A stretch of DNA of 63,670 bases, filler included, from Jimgerdemannia flammicorona (Eukaryota), in the NCBI GenBank assembly GCA_003990765.1. It is 3 parts of 3 records of this genome, joined end to end, with 100 filler letters (N's around TTAATTAATTAA, not from the genome) between each part and the next. Parts side by side here need not be neighbours in the genome. Positions count along the whole stretch, not along the records: positions 21,261 to 42,418 come from RBNJ01001513.1; 2 more parts are not named here. The stretch is one strand, 5' to 3'. Shown here piece after piece: positions 25,006 through 37,619 of this stretch. A program made the translations under genes and the position numbers. Numbering within the stretch: the first letter of the stretch is position 1; the number at the start of each line of letters is the position of its first letter. The notes beneath the pieces are model-generated. The model had not been told where the DNA came from and ran no database searches. It saw nothing but the letters and a program-made list of their open reading frames with translations.

Positions 25006-26874
25006 TTAAAGCTCAGCTGAGACTGCCACCACATTCTCAGCCCTTCCTCGAACAATCTCTCACTGGTCCTTACAAATTGCCCTCCAGATTCGATCACCAT
25101 TAGCACTGCTGCAGAAAAGGTCCACTCTCTCTGTTGCCACCTTCCTGATATCAGCCATCCTGCTCTCGTCAACATCATATTCTTCATCATCTAGCAGGGC
25201 AGCTACCATTGCCATCACCAGCTTAGGCCCCTGCATCACTATATTGAGGAATCCTTCCCATACCTCCTGAGATCCATGAAACATATCCACTTCCTTAATG
25301 TCTTCCTCAGCCAGCTCCTCAAGTACTGCCTGATACCAGCTCTCTGCCATCATCACCAGGGGCCCAGGAGTTGATGGTCTTGGGGTCCTGCTCAGCTCCT
25401 GCAGTTGCTCTCTGTCTGCCAACACATCAGAAGCCACATCTACCAGCTCATCCTCCTTGGTAACTTTCTCCAAATGAATAACCTCATCAGCTTCTGGGCA
25501 CTCCCAATGGACATTCACCACCTCTGCCATATGGGTATCCTCCACCTGAGTCTCCAGCACCACTTCATCATCAACTTCAAAGCCTCCTTCACCAACCTCC
25601 TCCTTATCTGCCCACTTTCCTCTCACCAGTGCATGTGCCAAGTTCTCCACACCACCCAGCTGGGAGAAGGACACCTCTGCTGCCTCCACACCTTCCATCT
25701 GATTCTTGGTCACCTCTACTCTTGCCTCCTCTTCTACAGCTGCCCCTTGAAGTGCCGCCTGCAGATGCTCCCAGTTCCCTTTCCTCCACCTCTTCTACTT
25801 GCCATCAGCCTTGATCCAGACCCAATCCTTGGCATACTCCTCCCACTTCCTCTTTCACAGCTCCTTGGCAGCCTCTCTCTCCTCCAGAGCAATCGCCAAC
25901 TCTTTCTCCTTCTGTTCTGCTCCCTTCCTCCTCCAGACCTTGCACTCCTGCCCCCCAATTCTAATCCCCTCAGGCCAATTATGGCCCAGCTCTGTAGCCT
26001 CCTTGCCTTCCAGTTGCAGCATCACCTTGCAGTTGCCATTCCTCAATTTGGTGTCCTCCCAGAACATGAACCTGAAGTCCACTATCTCACCATATCCACC
26101 TAGTGCCTCTACCATCATCTCCTTGATCTCCTGTCTGCCCAGGGTCAGCAAACCTTCCACCACCAGCCGAACAGTATGTGGATCCCACCTCAGACACCTT
26201 GTCATCCCAATCCGGATACCTTTGACCATCATCCCTTTCTCCAGCACCTTCACCATTGCATCCTCCTCCACAAATCCAATCTCCACAGCCTCCGCCGAAG
26301 GGATGAACTTCAGAGATTCTGCCCCAGCCACTTCCTCTCCCACCAACCTCAGAACCTCCCTCGCTGATATTGCCAATCCCAGAAAGTTTGCCGAGACTAC
26401 CCATGTTGACACCAATTTGTGGAAGAAAGGCCTCACTACCAACTTGCCTGTCTCTGCTGCCAGAGTCACCTTTCCTTTGGTCCCTGAAATACCTATAGTC
26501 ATCCTACTAGGCACAGCTGCGCCACCAGCAGTCCTCTCCCCAGCCACCTGCCCAGCCACAGAAGAACCAGTCCCCAGCATCCCACCACCAGACCCCTGTC
26601 CCCTGCTGGCCACCTGACCCATCACCTGACTTGTCACCTGACCCCTCCCCCTGTCAACACTACACCCTCTCTGTCCAACCCCCATGGACCTAGCCATAGC
26701 CCTCCTACTCCCAACCACTGTATGCCAGGCCTTGGTCCCACCAGTCCTCCCCTGTCCACCAGCTCTTCCTGCAGCCACACCAGCCCCTGCAGCAGCTGCA
26801 AAGCTCTTGGGAATGCCCAGACCAGACCTCCTCCTCTCCAGATGCTCAGAGCTAGAGGAATCTTAACTAGCCAT
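25006..26874 (-). pseudogene. LINE ORF1
   Basis: ATG at 26874 is in frame with pieces 25855-26778 and 25060-25713; stop TAA at 25008-25006; low-complexity N-terminus and acidic C-terminus. Confidence 0.75.
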
Positions 26875-27030
26875 AATGCCAAAACTTGACAGTTTTTCTT
26901 GAAATTTGTTGTACCTTGTAGGTAGACTCTTGCCGCACAATGTACACCAGTATGTTCGAAATAAAAACTTGAAAACATGTTGTCTTTTGCTGAAAGATGT
27001 CTGTATGGCTTAGCTCTTTCTGAATGATTC

Positions 27031-30000
27031 CAATCTTGAGAGAGTCTATATATGTTCCATATTAGTTAATAATATAGCCAAGATAGGAAATCTCAATTTC
27101 TGCAAACTTATACTTCTTGAGCTTGATATAAAGACCATGCTATCTTAGCTTCTCTATCATCTGCTGGATATACTGTAGATATTCTTCAGCTATCTTGCTG
27201 TAGATAATAATATCATCTATATAAACTATCATCTATCTTCCCATATTATAGTGGAAGATTTTATTCATCATTTGCTGAAAGCTTGCTGGTGTATTGCATA
27301 TTCCAAATAGTATTCTCAGATAGACATAGATTCTGTCTGGGATAATGAAGGCTGATTTTTCACTTGCTGCTTTAATAAGACTAATCTAGTAGAATTCTGA
27401 GTATAAATTCAAGATACTGTAATACTATACTTCATCTCCCAGAGTTATAAGAATGTCACTGATGAGAGGTAGTGGTTGGAAATCCTTCTTTATAGCTAGG
27501 TTGAGCTTCCTGTAATCAGTGCAGAGTCTTGGGGCAAATTCTTCTAGTTTACTTCCTTTTTTTGAGACCAATACAACTGGTGAAGTCCAAGGACTGCTGG
27601 CTTCTTTGATGATATCAACTTCTTCTATTCACTTAATTTCTTCTCTGAGCTATTTGTGATAGGCTAGTGGAATTGGTCTTACTTTTTGGTAGATTGGTTT
27701 GGTATCTCCTATGTCTATATCATGATAGTAGTATGAAATCTTTCTCTTGATATTCTTGAAGTCTGTGGCTAGGACATTCTCAAATTTGTAAGGTATCTTC
27801 TTGAGTTCCTTCTTGAGTGGAAATTCATTTTCAAAGATATAACTATACTTATTTGTAGTTTTCTCCTTCTTGTGATCTAGTTCTGTGATCTTGATACTAA
27901 TGAATACTCCTCTTCTAGTAGATCTGAATCCTTTTCTTCCTCTTTCTGTTTCCTCCAACTTCTTGACTTCTATGATCTTTGGCTGAAGAACTAGAAAGAT
28001 CAACATCTATGCCAATCAGTCTTTCTTCTTGATTGGAAATAGAATTGTATGGTTGTGATTTCTAGTAATGAGTAGTATTTCTCAAATATAGTCTGAATTG
28101 ATAATTCCTCCTTCAATAGTAATCTCACTCTTGGCCAGACTGCTTCTTGTCTTGAGAATCCTAACATAGTCCTTTAGAATGGTCATTTTCAGACCAGTTA
28201 CAAGCAGAGTAATTGTCTGGAGCTCTAGTATAGTTCTTCTACTATGGTAATATCCATTTCAGCTGTATTCTCTGACATGTATTCTGGTAAAACTACATTA
28301 GAATGAATTTTCCAAATCTTGACCTTGATTTCTTCTTTGTTGTCACTATTCTCTAGGAAAGCTGGTGGCTTATCATTCTCTTCCTCTTTCTTTTCTTATC
28401 TTACCTATTTCTTAAGAGCCTTCTGTCATCTTTTATAGTAGATTTTCTTAATTCTACTAATATACATACTAGTAGTAATCATCAATATGTTTCATATAGT
28501 ACATCTTGATTCCATAAGAGTAGACTTCTTGTGGTATATATTCTTTAATGATCCTTTTGCACCATTCTTCTTTACTAATCCATCTGACTTTCTTCTTCTT
28601 TTTCTAGGTAGTTACTATGTAGACTTCTTCTTGCTCACTTTCTTCTTTCTCTATCTCAGGCAGTACTCCTTTATTGACATTGATGGAAATTTACATCTTC
28701 TGACCTTGGTAAATGATCTACATCTTCTGGGCATTGAGATCAATTATTACTCTGGCTTTATGAAGCCACTGGTTGCTGATGAGGATGTCATAGTTGGTAG
28801 TATTAATTACAATTACATCTACTGGAATAGTTGCTCCTCTAAACTAGATGAGAACATTTCAGATCTTTCTCAGAAGTGTGGTTCTTATACCATCTACTGT
28901 AATGAATACTAATTTGGTTATTTCTTCAACCTCTCAACCTAGGTAGTCTGCTGCATTTTGCTGAGGAGACATTCTTCTACTCTAGTATCAATAATGGCCT
29001 CAAAGATTCTATCTTCAATTTAATAGGTTATATAGGCAGACATCTTGCAATTATCTTCACTCTCTTCTCCAGAGTCTTCTTGAATATTGTTGGCTTCAGT
29101 TATCTTCTATCTTTATTCTTTAGTTATCTCAGCAAGTCTATATCTCATTTGCTGTCTGAATATGGATATTTCTGCCAGCTGGCCAAAGGTTGTATTGACC
29201 TTTTGTTGACTGAGATCCTTGAAGATATCATATTTGAAGGTCTTGGTTTTGTGCAGCTTCTTCTTCTTTTCTCCTTCACTAGCTGGGGTAGTTTCTTAGA
29301 TAATATCTTAGACAGTCTATTCCAGCTCTGTATCTTGATCCATTTCTTTACCTTAGCTTTCTGTAGCAGTTTCTATCTGTTTTTCTACAGAGTTCTTCTT
29401 GGGTCTTCCTGGTGGTCTCTTGTAGAGTTGCTTGTGGACATTCTTCTTGACAGTCTCAGCAGAGTAGGCTTCCCATTCTTCTTTATCTGATTCTCCAATC
29501 TCCTCAAAGGTGATAGTATTGGCCTGTTCCTTGTTTTGAGTAGCATTGCTTGGCTGGGCCTTGTGTTTGGTTTTGCTCATATATTCATATAAGTAGTAGC
29601 CTTCTTCTCTACAGTTGTAGCAGATATCTCTCTTTTTGTCTATAGTAATAGTAAACTTCTGAACTGGGCAGCAGTCTCTTCCTCTAATTTATTTTATTAT
29701 ATCTCCTAGTTGGGCTGTCATTTTGGCAAATTTCTTAGCAAGTTCCTCTATTGGAATATTATTTCTCTGCTACTCAGTAGCTCTTGGCTGAGGTATGTTT
29801 TGATTGATCACTATGGTAGAGATCATGCTGGTTGCCTTAGGTGCTTCAATTCTAACTCTAGTAACTCTTTCCATTATGTGATCTTATGGGTGTCTGGCTA
29901 TCCAATATTGCTAGGCATAGATAATCTTTTGTACTAGATTCAGAACTACTAGTGATGAGCAGATGGCCAGAGCTATCTCTGGATGTACTCTTTTCATAAA

Positions 30001-30970
30001 GGTTATCTTAGCTACTTGATCTTAGATAGCAGTAGCATAATCTGCAAAGATTATCTAATATCAGATTCTGATGTAGAATATGTTTGGATCCTCACTTATT
30101 CCTTGATACATTATATTGAGCTAATTATTCAGAGCTTACTTGATCTTATCTATATAGTAGGTGGTTCAGAGCCAAGCCTTCTGTACTACTAGTACAGTAT
30201 TGTTATCATTTTCTATATAAGTTATAGCTATAAATACTGCTCTTACTGATCCTTGGAGACTAAAGAGTATGAGGGCTACTTGCTGTGTTGCTGTCAGAGT
30301 CCTCACAGTAATATACTGTTCAAAATTATCAATAAAGGTAATGATCAATTCATCTGAGATATCTGTAGAATACTGGTGATCTTATATCTATCTTATTTGA
30401 ATATCTTAATTCAATTTGTGTAGTTGTTTAGATAGTAGTAATTGTTTATTGTTCAGCTTAAAAGTAAGTGATTTATCTTGAATTACCAGCCAATGGGCAC
30501 CAAGTTGTAATATAGCAGATACATAACTATATAAGTATGTCAGATTTCCATATCTTGAAAACTTGATCTTTTTTGACTTTACAGAGTTCTCAAATATAGG
30601 GATGGGTGAATTCAAAGTATATCTACCTATAGGCTTACTAGTTCCTTTGCTTTATCTTTGCTTTGAACTATTTTGATCTGAGGTTTATTTACTCTAGATA
30701 TTGGAATATTTATACAAGTTTGCTAGCTATAAGTTATGACTACATTTTCTATAAGTTATTTTCTATAAGTATAGGTCCTCTATATCTGTGAAATCTCTAC
30801 AATTATGAAGATTCTATATCTGTAGAATTTTTATATTTGTGAAGTTTCTATATTTATGAAAATATGGCTGCTATTTATAAGGCTATACTATATTTAGAAA
30901 TTGGATTTAGATATTATAATCAAATGTCTATTTTTTTAATTTATGTTACTAATTTGGATCAACTGTCATA
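27031..30970 (-). mobile_element. Decayed family A-related Gypsy (A'): 5' LTR 30506-30970, PBS, gag, PR, dUTPase and partial RT
   Basis: PBS TGGTGCCCATTGGCTGG below 30502; internal sequence collinear with 6790-10255; RT cut by the LINE. Confidence 0.85.
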
Positions 30971-31296
30971 ATACTTAGAAACTATATTTCTTATAAATAA
31001 GATAATTAAAATTAGTATTTAATATATATAATTTATATATCATAATATAGTTCAATTCCTATAGTCTGTCTTCTTTTCAGCTACTCTATAGTTAAAACTC
31101 TGAGATCTCTATAAGTTTAGTTCTCTTTTAGAAAACCAGCTGAATATAAGTCTCTACTACTAAGAACCTTATTGATAAGATAGATAAACTACTTATATTA
31201 TTAACTTTTAGAAGATCTAATAGTATTAAGTCAAGTATACTGATATATATAAAATATTATAATATTATTTATATAATTAGTAATTAGTTTTTCTAT

Positions 31297-33527
31297 TATG
31301 ATAGTTGATTCAAATTACTAACATAAATCAGAGAAATAGACATTTGATTATGGTATGTATATACCTGAATCTGATTTCCAAATATAGTATAGTTATAAAT
31401 AATAGTCATTTTACAAATATTAAAGTTTTGACAAATGTTAACATTTTTACAAATATCAAGATTTCATTGATGTTAAAGATTTAACAGATGTTAAGGATTA
31501 ATACTTATAAAAAGTGACTTATAAGAAATATAGTTATAACTTAGCCACCTTATAGCTAGCAAACTTGTATAAATATTCCCAATATCTAGAGTGAATAAAC
31601 CTCAGATCAAAAAAGTTGGAGCCTCACCTTAGTAGTCTGATGAGATCAGATAGATACTACTTGTGACTCTGAGAAATCAAGAAGAGTTATAGAAATCTGC
31701 TACATTTCTCTAGTTATATATCTATTATATTACAACTTAGTACCTATTGGCTGGTAATTTAAGTCAAGATGAATCTCTCACTTTTCAAGCTGAATAATGA
31801 ATAACTGATATGACCCATTTTACAATATATAATTTACTATCCTGTAATATATAATTTGTTATCTTATGATATAATTAAAATTTACTATTCTGCAATATAT
31901 AATTTGCTATTATCCAACTTTTAGAAAAAACTATCATCTAACTTTTAAAGATATAAACTATCATCATCTGACTTTTGACAATATATAAACTATTGTCTAA
32001 CTTTTGAAGATATGATCTATTATCTATATTTGATGAGTCTGGAAGCCATCTCATAATACTGAAGTCTATTAACTATACTTGATAAGCCTGGAAGCTATTC
32101 TATGATATAAGATTTGCTACTACATACTCAACTTTTGAAAGAAGCTGCTATCTTACTTTTAAAAATATGAAACATTATTGTCTGACTTTTGACAACATAT
32201 GAACTGTTGTCTAACTTTTGAAGATATGACCTATTACCTACACTCAATGAGCCTGGAAGCTGTCCTGCAATACCATAGTCTGTTAACTATACTCAATATG
32301 CCTAGAAGCTATCTTATGATATACAATTTACTACTACCCAACTTTTGAAAGAAGCTGCCACCTGACTTTTAAAGATATGAACTATTGTCATCTAACTTTT
32401 AATAATATATAAACTATTATCATCCAACTTTTGACAACATATGAACTATTGTCATCTGACTTTTGATAATACAACCTATTATCTGTACTTAATAAGTCTG
32501 AAAGCTATTCTATAACATATAATTTTTTATCTGACTTTTGAAGATATGAATACTGCCCATTATACAAATACTGTCTATTATACAAAACCACTACTCTACT
32601 AAAGATATAGTATATAAACTATTATCTGACTTTTGATAATATATAAACTATACTTGATTTAATTATTTAAAGAATACTATCTGACTTTTAAAGATACAAA
32701 GTCTGTTAACTATACTCAATGAGCTTGAAAGCTATCCTATAATATACAGTTTATCTGTTTTCTATATCCTGAACTCAAATCTATTATCTGATTTTTTATA
32801 AGCTATTATACATCAAAAGTTTACATAGAAGGAACTAGTTTATATATATATATTACTATCTATATAGAAGGAATCAGTTCACATATATATACATCACTGT
32901 CCAATGAGTTATTTGCCATCAAAACTATACTTAATGAGTCTGGAAGCTATTCTGTAATATATAGTTTATCTATTTTCTATACTCTGAACTCAAACCTATT
33001 ACCCAATTTTCTGTAAGCTATTATATATCAAAAGTCTGTATAGGAGAAACAAATATATGCCAAAGCATCTAAAACTATATATTTTTGAGTTTGAATAAAA
33101 TGTCTTAAAAATGAGATCATCTATTTAGGAAAAAGTTATAATGATTGATCTGAATTAGTAATATGAATCAGGAGAATAGATATTTGATTATGGTACCTAA
33201 ATCCAATTCTCAAATATAGTATAGCTTTATATAAATAGCAGTCATTTTACAAATATTAAAGTTTTGACAAATATTAACATTTTTACAAATATCAAGAATT
33301 TACAGATGTTAAAGATTTAACAGATATTAAGGATTAATACTTATGAAAAGTGACTCATAGGAAATATAGTTATAACTTAGCCACCTTATAGCTAGTAAAC
33401 TTATATAAATATCCCCAGTATCTAAAGTGAATAAACCTCAGATCAAAAGAGTTTGAGCCTCACCCTAGTAGTCTAATGAGATCAGACAGATACTACTTGT
33501 GACTCTGAGAAGTCAAGAAGAGTTATA
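31297..33527 (+). mobile_element. Non-autonomous A'-type LTR element with a repeat-array interior
   Basis: LTR 31297-31734, decayed PBS and leader, family A-like pre-PPT and PPT at ~33087-33136, second LTR 33137-~33527 (truncated). No gag-pol. Confidence 0.8.
31810..33050. repeat. Degenerate tandem array (CT/CAACTTTTGA core) with ~200-bp higher-order units
   Basis: Recurrent ctRtcatctRacttttgaagatatga and atactYaatgagYctggaagctat motifs. Confidence 0.75.
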
Positions 33528-33916
33528 CTATGTTATACTATTTATTAAAAATCTTAAGATTTAATTCTAAGTTAACTATCTATTAACTAAGTTTTAATCT
33601 AAGTTTATTAAATCTTTTAAGATTATATAATATATAAGTCTCTATATTCTTCTATTATCTTAAGTTATTTAAAATTATATATCCTATCTTAAGATCTAGA
33701 ACTAGTTACTACTCTACTCTAGTTGAATTCTTAAATTATTTATATTTATAATTATAGAAGATTATATTGAGTATATAGTTAAGAAAATTCTTAATAAGAA
33801 AATTTACTACTAGTATCTTATTAAGTAGATAGGCTATTTTAAATATAATATTATTTAAAAACTTCTTATTAATTTTAAAATATATATATATATATCTGAT
33901 ATTACTTACTAGCTTG

Positions 33917-34160
33917 TAGTGCTCTGAATGGATAGAGTTGATCTAGATGAGATTCAATTCAGATTCATTATATAATAGATTCAAATCAACTTGAATTGGT
34001 TTTGTGATCTGATTCAGATTGATTCAGATTTATTCAGATTTATCCAGATTGATCTATCTAGATTGATCTATCTAGATTGATTCATCTAGATTGATTTATC
34101 CAGATTGATCCATCTAGGCTAATTCAGATAGATCTATCTGAATTGATCTATTCAGATTGA
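33917..34160. repeat. Short GATTC/GATCT tandem repeats after a possible DNA-transposon terminus
   Basis: TAGTGCTCTGAATGG followed by gattcagatt / gattgatctatcta arrays; no partner end found. Confidence 0.45.
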
Positions 34161-35262
34161 AATCTTTAGTGACATCATCCTTTCTTTTATTCATTTTCAC
34201 TCTATTTTTTTTTCCTACTATACTTTGGGTGATATCACCCTTTCTTTTGTTCCCTCTCTTCTTTTGTTCTTTTTTTGTTCTTTTTCTTTATTCTTTTTCT
34301 TTCCTGTCACATCATGAGCAAACAAAACAGCAGCTCTTAATTGTATATTAGTCCAGTTTACTCATTTTTTTACCCTGAAATAATCATCAAAAGAGGGAGT
34401 ATTCAAGCTAGAAATACACTCTCTGCTGATAATGTTAGATTCTTTCTCATATGGGCAGCATACAAGCTGCTTATTGAGAGCCAAAGGGGCAATAGTGATG
34501 GCAATGGTAGTGGTGATAGTGATGGTGGTGGCAATGGCAGGGATGAGGGAGAATTCTAGCAATAACTCATAGTAGCCCTTCAGATCTTAGAATTCACAGA
34601 CCTTACAGCTATATATATGGCAGCCTTTTTGGAGTAGCTGATAGTAGATATAGGTTGCTCATTCTGCTATCACTTGTTTACTTGTATTTACTTTTTTTAA
34701 TTTCCTCCAATATGACTCAATTTACCTCATACTTTTCTTAGGGTCTACAGCTCTATGGTAAGATCTGCCAACTTTATTTGCAATATCTAGTCAAGATGAA
34801 GAAAGGCTAGTAGATATTGTGGAGCATGCCTTTGGTAGCTGAGCTGTTGAGTCAATGCATTATATAGCAGAGGTCTCAAAAGGAACAAAAGTAAGCCTTT
34901 ATGAGCAATCTTGTATAACTTATGCAACTTATTGGTATATAACTCACTCACACACTCACTCATGCTCATTTTCTGAAATACTTATCTCTGTATTTTATTT
35001 AACTTCATTTTTATGTAGTCTTCTCTAAAAAACACCCACATGATACTCGTATACAATCTGTCTACATACAATCTATCTGCATGCAACCTATCTATATACA
35101 ATCCATCTACATGAAACCCACCTATATGTAACCCACTGCATACTTATCTTGGCCCCTCAGATCAGGGCTCAGTTCTATTAGAAAGAAGAGTTCAAAGTTA
35201 CCCAAGTTCAACTATATCTGATATCTGATCAAATAGAGAAATTTAAGAGCAAGATATTCAGC

Positions 35263-35931
35263 ATGAGTAGTACTAGCATTATTATCAAGACTTGGGGGTC
35301 TATATTCAAATCAGAACCAATCATTCTTGACCAAGGGGTCCATTGGCCAGCAGGAGTAACTAATGATGAAGAGAACCATATCATTATTAACGATTATAGA
35401 GAGGTAGTTACAATGGTGAAAAGGAACCTCTATGGTGATAAGCTTTATCACTATATTAATAAGGTTTATGAGGATTGTATCAAATACCAAGTGGCAGGAA
35501 AGAGGGTGCAAAAAAAGCAAAGAGAGGAGGTTTGGACAGGAATTGAATATACTGTAACACTGGTGAAGAGTGGATTCTGGAGTTCTGAAATCTTCTGCAC
35601 TTGTCTCTCTTTTTTTTCCTTCTCTCCAGATAATCACTCTCTTTATCAACATACTCTTTTTGATACAAATCCAGAGATGTACAAGATTCTATACCTCTAC
35701 TGGAACTTTATAAGTACTGTTGAAGAGCAAACTACATGTGAGTATGATATGGCCTATATAGTGATGGCAGCTATGATCTGGAGTTCTTTGAGCAGACTGG
35801 TAGAGCATATGGCAGACCAGCTTAGTGGTGATCTCAGTATGGCTATATGTACATTCTTAGTGCAATTTAGCATACCATATGAGGTGAGGAGCTCCACTTT
35901 TTTAGTACTGCAGTCTGGGGGGTTTCTGTGA
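35263..35931 (+). CDS. Unknown 222-codon ORF, possibly intron-containing transposon cargo
   Basis: Long open frame in CpG-depleted DNA; pyrimidine tract plus CAG near 35605-35630 suggests an intron; no recognisable domain. Confidence 0.3.
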   Translation: MSSTSIIIKTWGSIFKSEPIILDQGVHWPAGVTNDEENHIIINDYREVVTMVKRNLYGDKLYHYINKVYEDCIKYQVAGKRVQKKQREEVWTGIEYTVTLVKSGFWSSEIFCTCLSFFSFSPDNHSLYQHTLFDTNPEMYKILYLYWNFISTVEEQTTCEYDMAYIVMAAMIWSSLSRLVEHMADQLSGDLSMAICTFLVQFSIPYEVRSSTFLVLQSGGFL

Positions 35932-36774
35932 CCCAGGGGGTTTCTGTGGCCTGGGGGGTTTCTACCCCCCAATATGTAAAAAGGACTGACTAGATATTGT
36001 CCATTTTGGCAGATTTCCAAGCCAGAGCTCCTGGGGCTGGACAAAGGACAGGTATCTACCAACACAGCCTGATAGTATGAGGTCCTAGGCCAAGGGTTCA
36101 CCCAACTGTATGCTTGTATCACATCAGGATATATTGAGTACAACATTTCTCTGCCCACACACACAGACAACAATATTACCCCAGTAATATTTTATATCCT
36201 AAAAAGGAAGGGCCAAACCTGGGAGGATAGCAGCAGAGTCTGGTACAATCTCACCTATAGTTTTAGTTATGGCCAACATGGCTGTCCTATTCTAACCACA
36301 CAATTACCATGACACCATTGCCTTTGAGGAGAGCTCAGACATAACAGTTGTTGTACTCACAATAGATGATAGGCTCATCAAGGTCTAGGACTGGCAGGTG
36401 GAGCAGTTTTTGTAAAGGTTAGACAATCTTTTATAAGGGTTTAGCAGTTATTTTATGTAGATTAGGCAGTCTTTTGTGGGGGATTGGGCTGGCAGCTGGG
36501 TGCCTCTTCTATAGCATTAGTTTAGCCATTATGCCAGGCCCTACCAGCCCCTTGGTTCTGCTCCATAGTGCTGCCAGTGTGGTACTGCAGCACAGGGCCA
36601 GAGTGTCCATGGGACTCAAACCAGTAATGGGGCCCAAATCTGTGGTAGACTTTGATGGCCAGAAGTATCCTCTGATCACCAGAAATGCTCTCTGACTATC
36701 AGAAGCACCCTCTGACTGCTAGAAGCACTCTCCAACCACCAGAAGTACTCTCTAACCCAGACTCAGACTCCTTG

Positions 36775-37505
36775 GCAGCTTGGGGTTGCCTCTATACTAC
36801 TGACAGAAAGCTGCAAATTTTGTACACTCTCTCTACCAACTCTGCTGACCCCTGGCTCAGGCACAGGCTGCTTGTGGGTGCCCCATACAGCTGGCAGAAG
36901 GCTGCAAATTTTGCACACTCCTTCTGCCAACTCTCTTGTCCCAGACACTTGTAGCTTGAGACTGTCTCTTGCTACTGGTAGAGGGCCACAAATTTTGTAT
37001 GCTCTCTCTGCTGACCCTGTGCCCTCCAATCCAGGCACTGACAGCTTGGGGCTACTCCTTGCTGCTGGCAGAGGGCTACAAATTTTGCATGCTCTCTCTA
37101 TCAATATCTCTGTCCTGAACACTTGTAGCTTGGGGTTGCCCCTTGCTGCCAGTGGAGAACTGCAAATTTTGTATGCTCCCTCTACTAACCCCATACCCAC
37201 CAACTCAGACACTGACAGCTTGGAGCTATCTCTTACTGCTAGTGGAGGGCTATAAATTTTACATACTACCTCTGCCTACCCCACTCCCTCTGTCTATCTC
37301 TCTATCTCAGACACTTGTAGCTTGGGGCTTCTCCTTGCTGCTGGTAGAGGGCTGCAAATTTTGCATACTCCCTCTGCTGACCTCATGCCCACTGACCCCA
37401 CTCACTGATCCTGCCCACTGACCTGGGTACTGATAGCTTAGGGCTGCCCCTGTTGCTGATAGAGGGCCACAAATTTTGTACACTCCCTTTACTATTACCA
37501 ACTCT
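36775..37505. repeat. Eight-copy palindromic tandem repeat (84-115 bp period)
   Basis: TGCAAATTTTGCA-type cores at 36812, 36903, 36987, 37077, 37161, 37251, 37353 and 37468. Confidence 0.85.
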
Positions 37506-37619
37506 GCCAACTACTGCCTCACTTGGGCTACAAACTCTGGGCCAAGTTTTAAGTTTTTTTATCCTTTTTATTTTTGAAGTATTAAATAATCCACAAGGCC
37601 AATTAACTTATCTATGAAA

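Larger units (their letters stand above)
21261..27030 (-). mobile_element. Near full-length L1/Tx1-like LINE (decayed)
   Basis: AATAAA and poly(A) at the 21261 end; ORF1; ORF2 with APE endonuclease (SINVN, FLQD, GGDFN) and RT (LLNVDRK, LDQEKAYDRV, FADD, YLGI). 5' end approximate; interrupts a Gypsy RT. Confidence 0.9.

Noticed and set aside
25405..26617. Long plus-strand ORFs (232 and 272 aa)
   Set aside because: Antisense shadows of the purine-rich LINE ORF1.
36775..37505. CRISPR-like repeat/spacer appearance
   Set aside because: Repeats are ~60 bp and degenerate, the linkers resemble each other, no cas genes are visible and the context is eukaryotic.
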